A DNA stretch of 24,942 nucleotides from a virus (IMGVR_UViG_3300011403_000033:1-24942), one strand, 5' to 3'. Numbered from the stretch's first letter, positions 15,436 through 23,750 are shown. Numbers and translations: made by a program. Notes: generated by a model not told the origin, from the sequence alone.

Positions 15436-16931
15436 TTTCCAGGTTTTTTAGGACGCTTCATTCCGGTTGACCCTTTAGCGAACATCTTTCTCGCTATCTC
15501 CGGACCCCAATAAGTTGTTTGAATCAGCGAGTCGGCTCTGTTAGGGGAATCAATACCGCGTCGCTTCATATCCTTCTTCGTTTCAATCTTGATTTTGCCG
15601 GTTACTTCTTCGTACCTCGGTGCATTGAGATCACCGATTAGCAGGGGGTCATCAGGAATCGAGATAACACCCTTTTCAAACTCCGTTCGTGTTCGCCACC
15701 ATAGTTCATCACGGAGGCGGTTATATCGGTGAGCGTTAAAAGCAGTGTTAGCGACGTTGATTCCGTAAACCTCAATATGCGAGGGCTCAAATCGTTTCCG
15801 TAAGGTGCCCTCGATACCCCATCCGACTCCAATGGAATCGAGCAGCAAAGCTTTCGGCGGTGGATCATCTGCAAGAATTTCTCGTGAGGTCCACTCTACA
15901 AGTGCGTTCGACTCACTATAGCCCGCGACTTTGAGGGGGTGGACAATAGGTCCGGTTCGATGAAGGAGACAACTTTCATCTCCTCCTGCGCCAACATCGA
16001 GAGAGTAAATTGAGGGGTCGTCGGTGACAATTTCGACTTCCCGGTCAACTGCATCGATGAGCCACTCCCACGGAATAACGGTATTCTCTCCAGCGAGAGG
16101 AGGTAGTCCGAGAACTCTAATGCGAAAGGTGTTGCTTTCTCGTCCATACTTTTTCTCCAGCCGAATTATCGAATCTTTGGTGACAACTTCCGATTCTTCC
16201 GCATTCCAACGATAGGAGAGCCAGTTTTCACGATCTCGATTATGAGTGTCGATTGCGAACCCTTTTGCTCTTGTTGGGTTAAAGAACAAGAGGCAGAGGT
16301 TGCACATTCGCGTAAGGGTAGATTCAAGCGGCCTGAAAACCGGATCGGGGATGCCGGATGCCTCGTCACCGATAATAAGTAAATAATCTTCATGTAGTCC
16401 GGCGAGTGTCTCGGCCTGTTCCTCGGCGCTGTTCCTCGTATTTGCCGTTCTCGTAACGGCGAACCATTGCTGACCCTGCGCCTCGTTGAAATAAAACTTG
16501 TCTGTCTGCCAAGTAAACCATTCCTTGAGCTTTGATCGCTGATGCCATTTCGCTAACTCGGCCCATAGAGTTATCTGCAACTGCTTCGCTGAGGGCGAGG
16601 TGACTGCAATCTTCGGGAATGGAAAAACGGTCAAGAACCAAATTATTATCCACGAAGCCGTCGCTCCTTTTCCGGTGCCCACCCCGGACATAACAGAGGT
16701 CCCAAACTTCGCGTTAAGGTCAAGCTCTCTTTGCGTGACAGGTTTCCCATCAACAAGCTTTCCCGTGGCGTTGTACTTGTAAACCTTAATCTTTGCCCAA
16801 ACCATTTCAGCAACATCTTTAAGGTAAGCCTTTTGCTGCGATGTTGGTTCAACGTCGAAAACATCCTTGACAAATCGTGGGATGTCTTTCGACCATGCAA
16901 GTATTGCATTTGCTTGTTCGCTCTTAGGCAC
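15420..16931 (-). CDS. terL: Terminase large subunit
   Basis: Walker A SGVGTGKG, Walker B LIIGDEASG, NPTR coupling motif, RVLG, nuclease motifs LDVGAGGD, LDSIGVG and SPNRAD. Confidence 0.95.
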   Translation of the reverse strand: MPKSEQANAILAWSKDIPRFVKDVFDVEPTSQQKAYLKDVAEMVWAKIKVYKYNATGKLVDGKPVTQRELDLNAKFGTSVMSGVGTGKGATASWIIIWFLTVFPFPKIAVTSPSAKQLQITLWAELAKWHQRSKLKEWFTWQTDKFYFNEAQGQQWFAVTRTANTRNSAEEQAETLAGLHEDYLLIIGDEASGIPDPVFRPLESTLTRMCNLCLLFFNPTRAKGFAIDTHNRDRENWLSYRWNAEESEVVTKDSIIRLEKKYGRESNTFRIRVLGLPPLAGENTVIPWEWLIDAVDREVEIVTDDPSIYSLDVGAGGDESCLLHRTGPIVHPLKVAGYSESNALVEWTSREILADDPPPKALLLDSIGVGWGIEGTLRKRFEPSHIEVYGINVANTAFNAHRYNRLRDELWWRTRTEFEKGVISIPDDPLLIGDLNAPRYEEVTGKIKIETKKDMKRRGIDSPNRADSLIQTTYWGPEIARKMFAKGSTGMKRPKKPGNWKTA

Positions 16932-16943
16932 AGTGGCCTTTTC

Positions 16944-17132
16944 CTATCTGATTCTCAGAGGCACATCGTAGTTAAGCAAACCAAGGGAACGAATCAGAAC
17001 AAAAACCAAGACGATAACAGCTCCCCAAATTATAAGGCTCTTAAACTTGTTGTCCATCGGCACATATGAAGTGAATAGCCAAACCAAGAAGCCAACCAAC
17101 GCAACCAGCATAATAAATTCGAACAGGCCCAT
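16944..17132 (-). CDS. Small two-TM membrane protein (Thivi_2564-like)
   Basis: VG.LVWL...YVPMD.K.K.LI...VIV.V..L...GLL pattern recognised from that family. Confidence 0.65.
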   Translation of the reverse strand: MGLFEFIMLVALVGFLVWLFTSYVPMDNKFKSLIIWGAVIVLVFVLIRSLGLLNYDVPLRIR

Positions 17133-17172
17133 TAAACATCACAACCTTTTGTTTCCCGGCACACAATTTTAC

Positions 17173-17373
17173 CTAAGCACTACCAGCGGGTTCGACGCTG
17201 ATAAAATCGCAAACGGCTTTTAACGAGGGCACTTCGTCCGGTAGCGGAGTTGTGCCGTTCGTCCGGCGTAGGCCCCAGTAAAGTTCATCCTCGTGATAAA
17301 ACGGACGAAGCAAAAACTCCCCGTACTGAAACAGCGGGGGGTAATGGCGGACCTCGGTAATAACCTCAAGCAT
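17173..17373 (-). CDS. Hypothetical protein
   Basis: 66 aa; TAATG overlap with the upstream gene. Confidence 0.6.
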   Translation of the reverse strand: MLEVITEVRHYPPLFQYGEFLLRPFYHEDELYWGLRRTNGTTPLPDEVPSLKAVCDFISVEPAGSA

Positions 17374-17591
17374 TAGGGCACTATTTTATTAACTTCCAAA
17401 AGAATTACAGTGGTAAGATTCGACTTGAACACTGCAACCGTTGGCGGGTCCGTAAATTCCCATATCGTAGCTGGGTTGCTACTGAGAACTGCAACCCGTT
17501 CGATCTTTCCGTTGTTTGTGGTACTGAAAACCAAGTCGGACCCATGACTGATTTTCTGCTTAAACGTATCGTAGGTGGAAGTGATTATCAT
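17373..17591 (-). CDS. Hypothetical protein
   Basis: 72 aa; ATGA overlap with the upstream gene. Confidence 0.65.
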   Translation of the reverse strand: MIITSTYDTFKQKISHGSDLVFSTTNNGKIERVAVLSSNPATIWEFTDPPTVAVFKSNLTTVILLEVNKIVP

Positions 17592-17887
17592 GCGGTTGGT
17601 TGCTGTCCCGTCCAGTACACAAGAACCTCGCCATGCCCAATCGTAAGAGCAATTAGCCCGTCCGAATAGAGGGGAGGGTTAAATGTTTGCTGCTTGGAAT
17701 CGTCTGCTGTGCTCGTTCCAAATTCGACTTTCTTGATACCGTTCTTGTCGGTGAGCACCACCGTATCAGCGGCCGCAATCGCACCGCCCGCCCAAACCAC
17801 GCTCGTAATTTGTATCGGTGAAGAAATTATGGCCGCAGCAGCAGCTGCGTCCAGCCTAAGCGGGTTGTTTGTGAGATTGTTTGCCAT
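17588..17887 (-). CDS. Small beta-rich protein, possibly a virion accessory
   Basis: 99 aa, abuts the terS stop with a GAGGA RBS; Ala/Thr/Gly-rich jelly-roll-like pattern. Confidence 0.6.
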   Translation of the reverse strand: MANNLTNNPLRLDAAAAAAIISSPIQITSVVWAGGAIAAADTVVLTDKNGIKKVEFGTSTADDSKQQTFNPPLYSDGLIALTIGHGEVLVYWTGQQPTA

Positions 17888-18307
17888 TTATTTTTCTTCC
17901 TCGTGGGCTTCCTGAATTATTTTTGTAAGGGTTTGGACGTTTGCCGTGCTCTTGCCTTCAAGTAATCGGAGCTGCTGGAAAGTGCGGTCCATCATCGCTA
18001 TTGCCTCGATAGGATTCATCGAGGGTGCGAGATCATGTAAGCGGTCTTTTGCGCGGACATTCAACACCGTAAGATCCCAAATTTCTTTTTCTTTAATTTG
18101 CTGAATCTTAAGCTCCATGCGAGGATCGGTGTAAGCTTCTCTTTCCGCCAGGTACTTATCAACCGTGTTCGCGCTCATGCCACCGCGTAGCGCGATCTGC
18201 CGCTTCGAGGTCCCCATGTCACGCAGCGCGAGCACTTCAGCGACTTCATGCTTAGAAAGCTTCTTACCACGCTTGCGCTTTTTTCCTAGGGGTTTCGGGG
18301 CCTTCAC
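17888..18307 (-). CDS. Probable terminase small subunit (N-terminal HTH)
   Basis: GTG start with AGGAGG upstream; HTH LRDMGTSKRQIALRGGMSANTVDKYL, helical oligomerisation region, LL.GKST.N tail; first gene of the late operon. Confidence 0.65.
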   Translation of the reverse strand: MKAPKPLGKKRKRGKKLSKHEVAEVLALRDMGTSKRQIALRGGMSANTVDKYLAEREAYTDPRMELKIQQIKEKEIWDLTVLNVRAKDRLHDLAPSMNPIEAIAMMDRTFQQLRLLEGKSTANVQTLTKIIQEAHEEEK

Positions 18308-18449
18308 TGTTGATGTAGTCCTCCTATACTGTAGGGGTCAAAAATCGAATTCCCGCTGAAAACGCGATGGTGAAAAGTGGTGTAAGTGGTTGTCAGGAAA
18401 AAGGAAATATTTATTTTTCTCTTTTTATTTTCATGTGCGATAAACGGCA

Positions 18450-18490
18450 CCCGGCCCCCGTCTACCCCATCCCCTCCCCCCTGTCCCCCC
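18450..18490 (-). repeat. Cluster of six G-runs (G-quadruplex-compatible) upstream of terS
   Basis: Minus strand: GGGGGG-ACA-GGGGGG-A-GGGG-AT-GGGG-TAGAC-GGGGG-CC-GGG, followed by an A-rich tract. Confidence 0.7.
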
Positions 18491-18687
18491 TCGAATTCTA
18501 GGGTATCTCTATCCATATCAGGACTAAGACTAAATAAAACAGGGTCATTGTCTCATGATATCAGCTAGTTATCATCGGACCTCAGTCTCTTAACGGAGTG
18601 CAGCGCTAATACGTTGTGCTTAACAGGTCTATAAGACGCCTATGTTATCCAGCGCTTAGCGCGATCGCCTTCCGGGTACGGGCAGGC

Positions 18688-18716
18688 TTGACAAGTTTGT
18701 AAGCTTAGTATAGGCT
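18688..18716 (+). promoter_or_regulatory. Sigma70-type early promoter P1
   Basis: TTGACA (18688-18693), 17-nt spacer, TAGGCT (18711-18716). Confidence 0.6.
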
Positions 18717-18781
18717 TGGGTGCATGTTTGTCCTTTTGCATCGAAGCTTAGTCAAGCCTAAATGGCGAATGATAAGGCATA

Positions 18782-18810
18782 TTGACATGGATCAAAATGG
18801 CATGTAGTAT
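18782..18810 (+). promoter_or_regulatory. Sigma70-type early promoter P2
   Basis: TTGACA (18782-18787), 17-nt spacer, TAGTAT (18805-18810). Confidence 0.7.
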
Positions 18811-18843
18811 GCTATCTTGTAAGGCATGGAGGTATTACACGAT

Positions 18844-18936
18844 ATGAACTTAGTTGAAAAGTTTTTCTTTGTGGTCTTACTCGGAACGATTACATCGCCC
18901 GTGTTGCTGTTGATCTTAATAGCGCTGGCGTCTTAA
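18844..18936 (+). CDS. 30-aa membrane peptide (MNLVEKFFFVVLLGTITSPVLLLILIALAS)
   Basis: Hand-translated; GGAGGT upstream with slightly long spacing; first ORF after P2. Confidence 0.5.
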   Translation: MNLVEKFFFVVLLGTITSPVLLLILIALAS

Positions 18937-18951
18937 CTCTTTGGAGGTAAA

Positions 18952-19257
18952 ATGAAACAATACGTTTATCGGCTATACACTCAAGACATGAATCGCGAAG
19001 GGATTGTAAGATTAATTCAAGCTTGCGGTTTCGATAGCTTTACCTTAACAGAGGGAATAGGGTATTGGATAAACGCAAGAGAGCTAAGCTTGTCTATCGA
19101 AATTATTTCAAGGACCAAGGTAACCGAACAAACAAAACTCTTGGCATCGGCGATTAGATCCTTGAATAATCAAACCGCCGTCTATTGGATAACGTTCCAA
19201 GTGGAAAGCGAATTGATAGGTCTTACTAAAGAGGTCTCGCATGAGGTCAGTATATGA
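18952..19257 (+). CDS. PII/ferredoxin-like protein resembling phage SAM lyases / DUF3574-like proteins
   Basis: GGAGG RBS; FDSFTL..G.GYW....E.S..IEI ... LA..I.....Q.AV pattern. Confidence 0.5.
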   Translation: MKQYVYRLYTQDMNREGIVRLIQACGFDSFTLTEGIGYWINARELSLSIEIISRTKVTEQTKLLASAIRSLNNQTAVYWITFQVESELIGLTKEVSHEVSI

Positions 19258-19949
19258 AACAAAACCAACTGACCTTTACCACAGTGCTTGAACATAGTTT
19301 CAAGCAATACGAGCAAAAGATCCTTGCTTATCTTGAAAGCAATCACGCAAGGTATAGGACCTTTGCAGAGCGTATCACGCCAGACCTCGCCGACAAGACG
19401 CAAGTCTATTCAAGGCTTGCGTTTGCAATTCTATCTGCTAACAGCCCGTTTGATGATACGGTCAAAGCGCTAGACGTGGCAATGACGCGTCTAGGATCAT
19501 TACAGCCTTCCGACATTAGTCGGTTTAAGATGGTCCCTGAAAAGGCTTACTATCTGAATCGTGCCTATCTGCAACTCGAACTGAAACAATGGCAACCTAA
19601 AAAGAATCCCCTAGACTGGCAAGCCTACCGGTTGGAGGTCAAGGACAAATTCAAAGGCTTACATCTAGCAAAGGCAAGCTTCACACTAGGCTTGCTTTAT
19701 CCGACTACTGCGGACGTGGCTTGCATCGATACTTGGATTCAAAAAACTTTCCTAGGTCATTCCGGTTTTAGATCGCTGAATCTTGCCACGTATGTCGCCG
19801 TTGAGAGTAGGATTAGAGCGTATGCGAAACGGTTCGGCATAGGGACGTTCTTGGCGCAATGGCTTATATGGGATTTTGCGCGAGGTACTCAAAACAATCA
19901 TGATATTTTTCCAGGCAACCATAAAGCAACTGTAGCGATCGCAGCTTAA
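19254..19949 (+). CDS. HhH-superfamily DNA glycosylase-like protein (Ogg2-like)
   Basis: LAFAILSAN, R......FKGLHLAKASF.L (HhH hairpin), DVACIDTWI (catalytic Asp motif), Y..VE and W.IWD, paralleling Ogg2-type N-glycosylase/lyases. Confidence 0.7.
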   Translation: MKQNQLTFTTVLEHSFKQYEQKILAYLESNHARYRTFAERITPDLADKTQVYSRLAFAILSANSPFDDTVKALDVAMTRLGSLQPSDISRFKMVPEKAYYLNRAYLQLELKQWQPKKNPLDWQAYRLEVKDKFKGLHLAKASFTLGLLYPTTADVACIDTWIQKTFLGHSGFRSLNLATYVAVESRIRAYAKRFGIGTFLAQWLIWDFARGTQNNHDIFPGNHKATVAIAA

Positions 19950-19988
19950 GCACCGATCGCGAATAACCAGAAGGGAGAACTAGCACCG

Positions 19989-20333
19989 ATGGAATTGAAT
20001 GAAGTAACTGACCTCCACAATAGACGGGCAAACATTAGCACCGTGGCAAGCTATTTCAAGACAATGGAATTGCCATTCTTGGCTTGGCCAGAAGACAAGC
20101 TCTTGTTGAACTTGACGGACCTCCCTTTGTTCTTGAATGGCGAAGCGCCACGCAAAGCAAAGACATGGAAGCCCTTTAATGCTGTAGCTAGGTATGAGGT
20201 CCTACCGGGTAAAGGCGCCAACACGCAAATAAGGGCCTTCATTCAGACCGGTAGGCTTTATGCAGTGACCGGCATTCAAGAGAGACCGGAAGGGTTCGCC
20301 TATTTCGTAACTGAATACAAGTTCAACAGCTAG
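19989..20333 (+). CDS. Hypothetical early protein
   Basis: 114 aa; AAGGGAG upstream; colinear in the operon. Confidence 0.7.
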   Translation: MELNEVTDLHNRRANISTVASYFKTMELPFLAWPEDKLLLNLTDLPLFLNGEAPRKAKTWKPFNAVARYEVLPGKGANTQIRAFIQTGRLYAVTGIQERPEGFAYFVTEYKFNS

Positions 20334-20347
20334 GCTTTGGCTTGCTC

Positions 20348-20374
20348 AAGAGACCTCGCCTTTGGAGGTCTCTT
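20348..20374 (+). other. Intergenic hairpin (processing site or weak terminator)
   Basis: AAGAGACCTC-N7-GAGGTCTCTT perfect 10-bp stem just ahead of the next RBS. Confidence 0.55.
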
Positions 20375-20390
20375 CATGGAGGTCAAAATT

Positions 20391-20630
20391 ATGGAAGGCA
20401 AAAACTTACAATTCTACGTTGATTATTTGCGCGATACACGACCAGTATCAGTTGCTAAGCTTGGTCTAGCTATCCGTCGAGCCCTAAGTAAATCGCTGGT
20501 CTGCAAAAACAAAGATATGGCGATAGGCGTTGAATTCGCTCTTGAGGAAATAGCTAACGCTCTTAAACTGGAAGGGAACGACCGTCGAGCGTTATTCGCA
20601 CTAATCACCGCACCGAAGGGAGAACTATGA
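20391..20630 (+). CDS. Hypothetical early protein (79 aa)
   Basis: Start revised to ATG 20391 with GGAGG RBS. Confidence 0.7.
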   Translation: MEGKNLQFYVDYLRDTRPVSVAKLGLAIRRALSKSLVCKNKDMAIGVEFALEEIANALKLEGNDRRALFALITAPKGEL

Positions 20631-20791
20631 GATACACTTACAAGCCGATGAAAGTCGAAGTCTTCGAAGAACTGCTGGCATGCCTGAAAGAGGCTCACAA
20701 CAGTGAACTTTATAACGACCACTCTGGAGATGACCGCAAGCAATGCTCATACTGCATCGCGATCAAAAAAGCGGAAAAAGAACTTCGCTAA
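20627..20791 (+). CDS. 54-aa protein with H/H/CxxC putative metal site
   Basis: Hand-translated MRYTYKPMKVEVFEELLACLKEAHNSELYNDHSGDDRKQCSYCIAIKKAEKELR; ATGA overlap and AAGGGAG RBS. Confidence 0.7.
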   Translation: MRYTYKPMKVEVFEELLACLKEAHNSELYNDHSGDDRKQCSYCIAIKKAEKELR

Positions 20792-20964
20792 CCGCGCCTA
20801 ACAGCAGACCGCTAACCGCTATGCTGACCTTGCTCCGCGCCTGGCGCCTGGCGCCGCAATCTTCATCTTTATCTTGCCTTCGGCAAGTGCGGTCAAGTGA
20901 ATTAGCCATAGTCAGTGGTGATAAGATAAAGTCAACTGTTAGCTTGGGGGGTCTAAGTACTGAT

Positions 20965-21053
20965 CAACAAAGGTGCTTCGCACCTTTGTTGTATAGTACA
21001 GTACAGTACTTCAGTGTATAGTATATATAATATATATACAGTACAGTACAGTC
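20965..21053. repeat. Hairpin plus AGTAC tandem repeats flanking an AT palindrome (origin-like element)
   Basis: CAACAAAGGTGC-TTC-GCACCTTTGTTG (20965-20991); (AGTAC)3 at 20995-21009; GTATATATA-A-TATATATAC at 21021-21039; (AGTAC)2+AGTC at 21040-21053. Confidence 0.7.
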
Positions 21054-21086
21054 AAAGGTCAGATTGGAAGGTCCGCGAAGGGGTCC

Positions 21087-21115
21087 TTGACAACGAAAAG
21101 AGAAATGCTTAGTAT
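21087..21115 (+). promoter_or_regulatory. Sigma70-type early promoter P3
   Basis: TTGACA (21087-21092), 17-nt spacer, TAGTAT (21110-21115); same hexamers as P2. Confidence 0.75.
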
Positions 21116-21145
21116 AAGCTTACGATGATTGGGAGGTCCGCGATT

Positions 21146-21358
21146 ATGGATAGATTCTTGATTTGTGCAGCTTACTACCTGGTAGCATCGCGCTATCATT
21201 CCGGGCAATGGTCGAAGGGTTATAAAAAGCTTAGTCAGTGTGTCCGCGTTGGATTCAAGCCGGGGCTGTTGTTCGGTCAGCATAAGGGCAGCGAAGAGCG
21301 GGACGCCGCAGCGTCTTTGTTGTGGGCTAGACGCCGCGAAATCAAAAAGGAGTGGTAG
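21146..21358 (+). CDS. Hypothetical phage early protein
   Basis: Start revised to ATG 21146 (GGGAGG RBS); DRF.IC.AYY....YHSGQWS..Y pattern. Confidence 0.7.
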   Translation: MDRFLICAAYYLVASRYHSGQWSKGYKKLSQCVRVGFKPGLLFGQHKGSEERDAAASLLWARRREIKKEW

Positions 21359-21360
21359 TC

Positions 21361-21624
21361 ATGAGACTGAAAGACGATAAGGGGCGGTTGACCTTGCAGG
21401 GCTTTGCCTGCGGTTGTATCGAACAAGTCGAGCATGCCGGCATTAGAACTACTCTCTGGCGTGAACATGGGTCAGCACCTTGGCATGTCAGGCAACACGA
21501 CCACAACAAGAACGAACGTATATTTTGGGAGTGCTACGAGCATCTTTCAATGGCTCGTCGGCGCTTCGCACGGGTGGAGCAGGAGCAAATCAACTCTAAC
21601 TTAGGAGGATCAAGTCATGAGTGA
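21361..21624 (+). CDS. Hypothetical phage early protein
   Basis: ATG 21361 with AAGGAG RBS; GRLT...FACG.IE...LWREH...HVR pattern. Confidence 0.7.
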   Translation: MRLKDDKGRLTLQGFACGCIEQVEHAGIRTTLWREHGSAPWHVRQHDHNKNERIFWECYEHLSMARRRFARVEQEQINSNLGGSSHE

Positions 21625-22300
21625 GACACAAACTTACACGCGTCTTAGTGGACACGTATCAGCAGAGACAGCATTTATCGTTGATGATTACCCTTACGGC
21701 TTTCGTCTTCGGTGCCATATTCGTTATTGGATTGAGTATAAGCCCTCGCATGGGTTCCGCTTCGTGAGTCAAACGTCAAACCCCAAGAAGGCCGGCATTG
21801 TCTGGAATAAACCGAAAGCCGGGACCTATTCGAAGTTTGGCGCCGTGTTGATGCAGGGAGATACTGACGGTTACATAACCTACACTTGCTTGGGGATCTA
21901 CACGGACGCTAAAGAGGCGCGAACGTGGTTCAACAAGAATGGCGCTTTCCTCGTTGAAGAGGGACGGGCCGATGTTGAAAAGTGGGTCATTGCCAAAGAG
22001 CGTTACGAGTCGCTCCGGGCCGAAGGCAAGGACATGAACACCGCCGCAGTTGTGGCAACGGCAGAGAAAAATGACCTCGGCTTTCAAGGCATCAATGACG
22101 AGGGCAAGCTTGTGTTTAAAAAGATTCCTGAATTCGTGACACCCGAGCGTCATGGAAACTGGCCGGAAAAAGGATCGTGCTTGCAGCTCGGTCACGATGA
22201 CCTGCTGGACGAAAAGGCAAAGAATGATTGCAAAGCCGAGGAACATGATGACACTAACGCGGAGTGCATTTGCTCGCGGATTTTGCAGGGAGGAGTCTAA
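21617..22300 (+). CDS. Hypothetical protein of phage/mobile-element type
   Basis: AGGAGG RBS; GH.S.ETA..VDDYPYGFRLRC.IRYWIE...Q T.NPK...WNKPK..TY N-terminal domain. Confidence 0.75.
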   Translation: MSETQTYTRLSGHVSAETAFIVDDYPYGFRLRCHIRYWIEYKPSHGFRFVSQTSNPKKAGIVWNKPKAGTYSKFGAVLMQGDTDGYITYTCLGIYTDAKEARTWFNKNGAFLVEEGRADVEKWVIAKERYESLRAEGKDMNTAAVVATAEKNDLGFQGINDEGKLVFKKIPEFVTPERHGNWPEKGSCLQLGHDDLLDEKAKNDCKAEEHDDTNAECICSRILQGGV

Positions 22301-22303
22301 GCC

Positions 22304-22510
22304 ATGACCTCCACTGAAGTTAGACGGCGCCGGCTTGGGCTTAAGATGACACAATCCAAGTTTGGTAAGATGCTCGGAGTCACCTATCAAACGGTGCTCC
22401 GGTGGGAAAACGAACGGGTCCCGGTTCCGGGGTGGATGAACTTTGCACTACCGGGGCTCGAAGCTCATATGATCGCGTGGCTTAAGTCAGTCAAGGGAGG
22501 TAAAAAATAA
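22304..22510 (+). CDS. XRE/Cro-like HTH regulator
   Basis: R..LKMTQSKFGKMLGVTYQTVLRWENE..PVP. Confidence 0.88.
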   Translation: MTSTEVRRRRLGLKMTQSKFGKMLGVTYQTVLRWENERVPVPGWMNFALPGLEAHMIAWLKSVKGGKK

Positions 22511-22728
22511 TGGGTTGGGCAAACCAAACGGATGAAGCGTTGGAGCGTCAAATGAGTCCACTAATTGAAGCTCCTCTTACGGGCTTCGCGGTGGTGGCTG
22601 TTGCGCGTTGCAACATAGTCAAGGGCTGGAAGATCGTTGCGCCCTCGGGTAGGTCGTTAATGGGTTTTACCACGCGACGCGAGGCCGAGGCGATCGCAGA
22701 TTTTTTCAATGAGGAGGTGAAGTCATGA
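22510..22728 (+). CDS. Hypothetical protein
   Basis: GGGAGG RBS; TAATG overlap. Confidence 0.65.
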   Translation: MGWANQTDEALERQMSPLIEAPLTGFAVVAVARCNIVKGWKIVAPSGRSLMGFTTRREAEAIADFFNEEVKS

Positions 22729-22964
22729 AACGTAACAAGTCTTCACACATTGTTATGGATTATGAGGGCCGAGGGACGCTAAGCAGCACGGCTGTGCTTG
22801 ATACTTTCTACGAGTACGAAAGGCTTGCCACCAACAGATACCCAGTACATCATATGTGGCGGGCCGGTTACCTCGCTGCGCTGCGGGATAACCAATTAAT
22901 CAATCATACCCAGTGGGATAAGCTAAACACTGCATCGAGAAACAGAGAGGGTGCCGAGGGATGA
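22725..22964 (+). CDS. Hypothetical protein
   Basis: GAGGAGG RBS; ATGA overlap. Confidence 0.65.
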   Translation: MKRNKSSHIVMDYEGRGTLSSTAVLDTFYEYERLATNRYPVHHMWRAGYLAALRDNQLINHTQWDKLNTASRNREGAEG

Positions 22965-23626
22965 TTGCGATTGGATACATAAGGCGCAGCAAGAAGAGTG
23001 AGGAGCATAACGTCTCGCTTGACGAACAGCGCCGGCACATCACCGAGTTCTGCGCGGGCGCCGGTCTGACTTTGGATCACGTTATCAGTCACGATGGGGT
23101 CAGTGGCACTAAGCGCAAACGCTTTCCGGTGATTCGTAAAGCGATCAAGGACTATAACGCGAGGGCGGTCGTGGTTTATAACCTTGACCGTCTCGCTCGT
23201 GATAATGCCGGACTAATCGAAGAGTTTCAGCTGTACCGTAAGACCGGGGTGGCTTTGTATGAGAGCACCTCGGGCTTGATTGGGGATGGTGCCCTGGATC
23301 AACTCATGTTGCAGATTCGAGGGGCGTTGGACGAATTCTTTGCTAAAGTCACCGGACAGAAAACCGCAGGCGCGTTGAAGCTTCTTAAGTCACAGGGTCG
23401 AAAGTACACGCGCATCCCGCCTTTTGGGTATGCTTACATCGACGGGCGGATGGTTTTGAACGAGGAGGAGTTTAGGGTCCTCGGGCAGATTGCACATTTT
23501 AAGCTTGAGGGCTTAACCGCAGCGAAGATTGAGACCAGCATAAGGGCCACGGGGTATATGGGTCGGCTTAGTGTACGGACCATTCAGAGGATGACACGGG
23601 TGCCCTTGCAAGGGTTACACGCCTGA
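22961..23626 (+). CDS. Serine recombinase (resolvase-family catalytic domain plus short recombinase-like C-terminus)
   Basis: IGYIRRS (catalytic Ser), SLDEQ, DGVSG..R.R, YNLDRLARD, PPFGY; only 221 aa. Confidence 0.9.
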   Translation: MIAIGYIRRSKKSEEHNVSLDEQRRHITEFCAGAGLTLDHVISHDGVSGTKRKRFPVIRKAIKDYNARAVVVYNLDRLARDNAGLIEEFQLYRKTGVALYESTSGLIGDGALDQLMLQIRGALDEFFAKVTGQKTAGALKLLKSQGRKYTRIPPFGYAYIDGRMVLNEEEFRVLGQIAHFKLEGLTAAKIETSIRATGYMGRLSVRTIQRMTRVPLQGLHA

Positions 23627-23750
23627 GCTGCTTGACATCCTTAAGGGGTTTGTGCTTGTAAGGCTTATAGATTCGGGTAATGTAACCTTACACTAATGGA
23701 ACAGTGTTTGACTCGTAAGCTTACTAACTTTAACTAAGGAGTATAAGTAT

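Noticed and set aside
18304-18516. 70-aa minus-strand ORF upstream of terS
   Set aside because: Its translation simply reads through the G-runs and A-tract (GGQGGGDG, KKRKINI), so the region is more likely non-coding signal DNA
20743-21021. 92-aa plus-strand ORF
   Set aside because: Overlaps the better-supported 20627-20791 gene and runs through repeats and a hairpin; no RBS
20995-21053. Short repeats as a possible CRISPR array
   Set aside because: 5-bp units with no repeat-spacer periodicity and no cas genes
18661-22697. Three GCGATCGC (HIP1) octamers at 18661, 19935 and 22690 as a cyanobacterial host signal
   Set aside because: Too few, and one belongs to a hairpin; not enough for host inference
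23632-23660. TTGACA at 23632 as a fourth early promoter
   Set aside because: No acceptable -10 hexamer at 16-18 nt spacing
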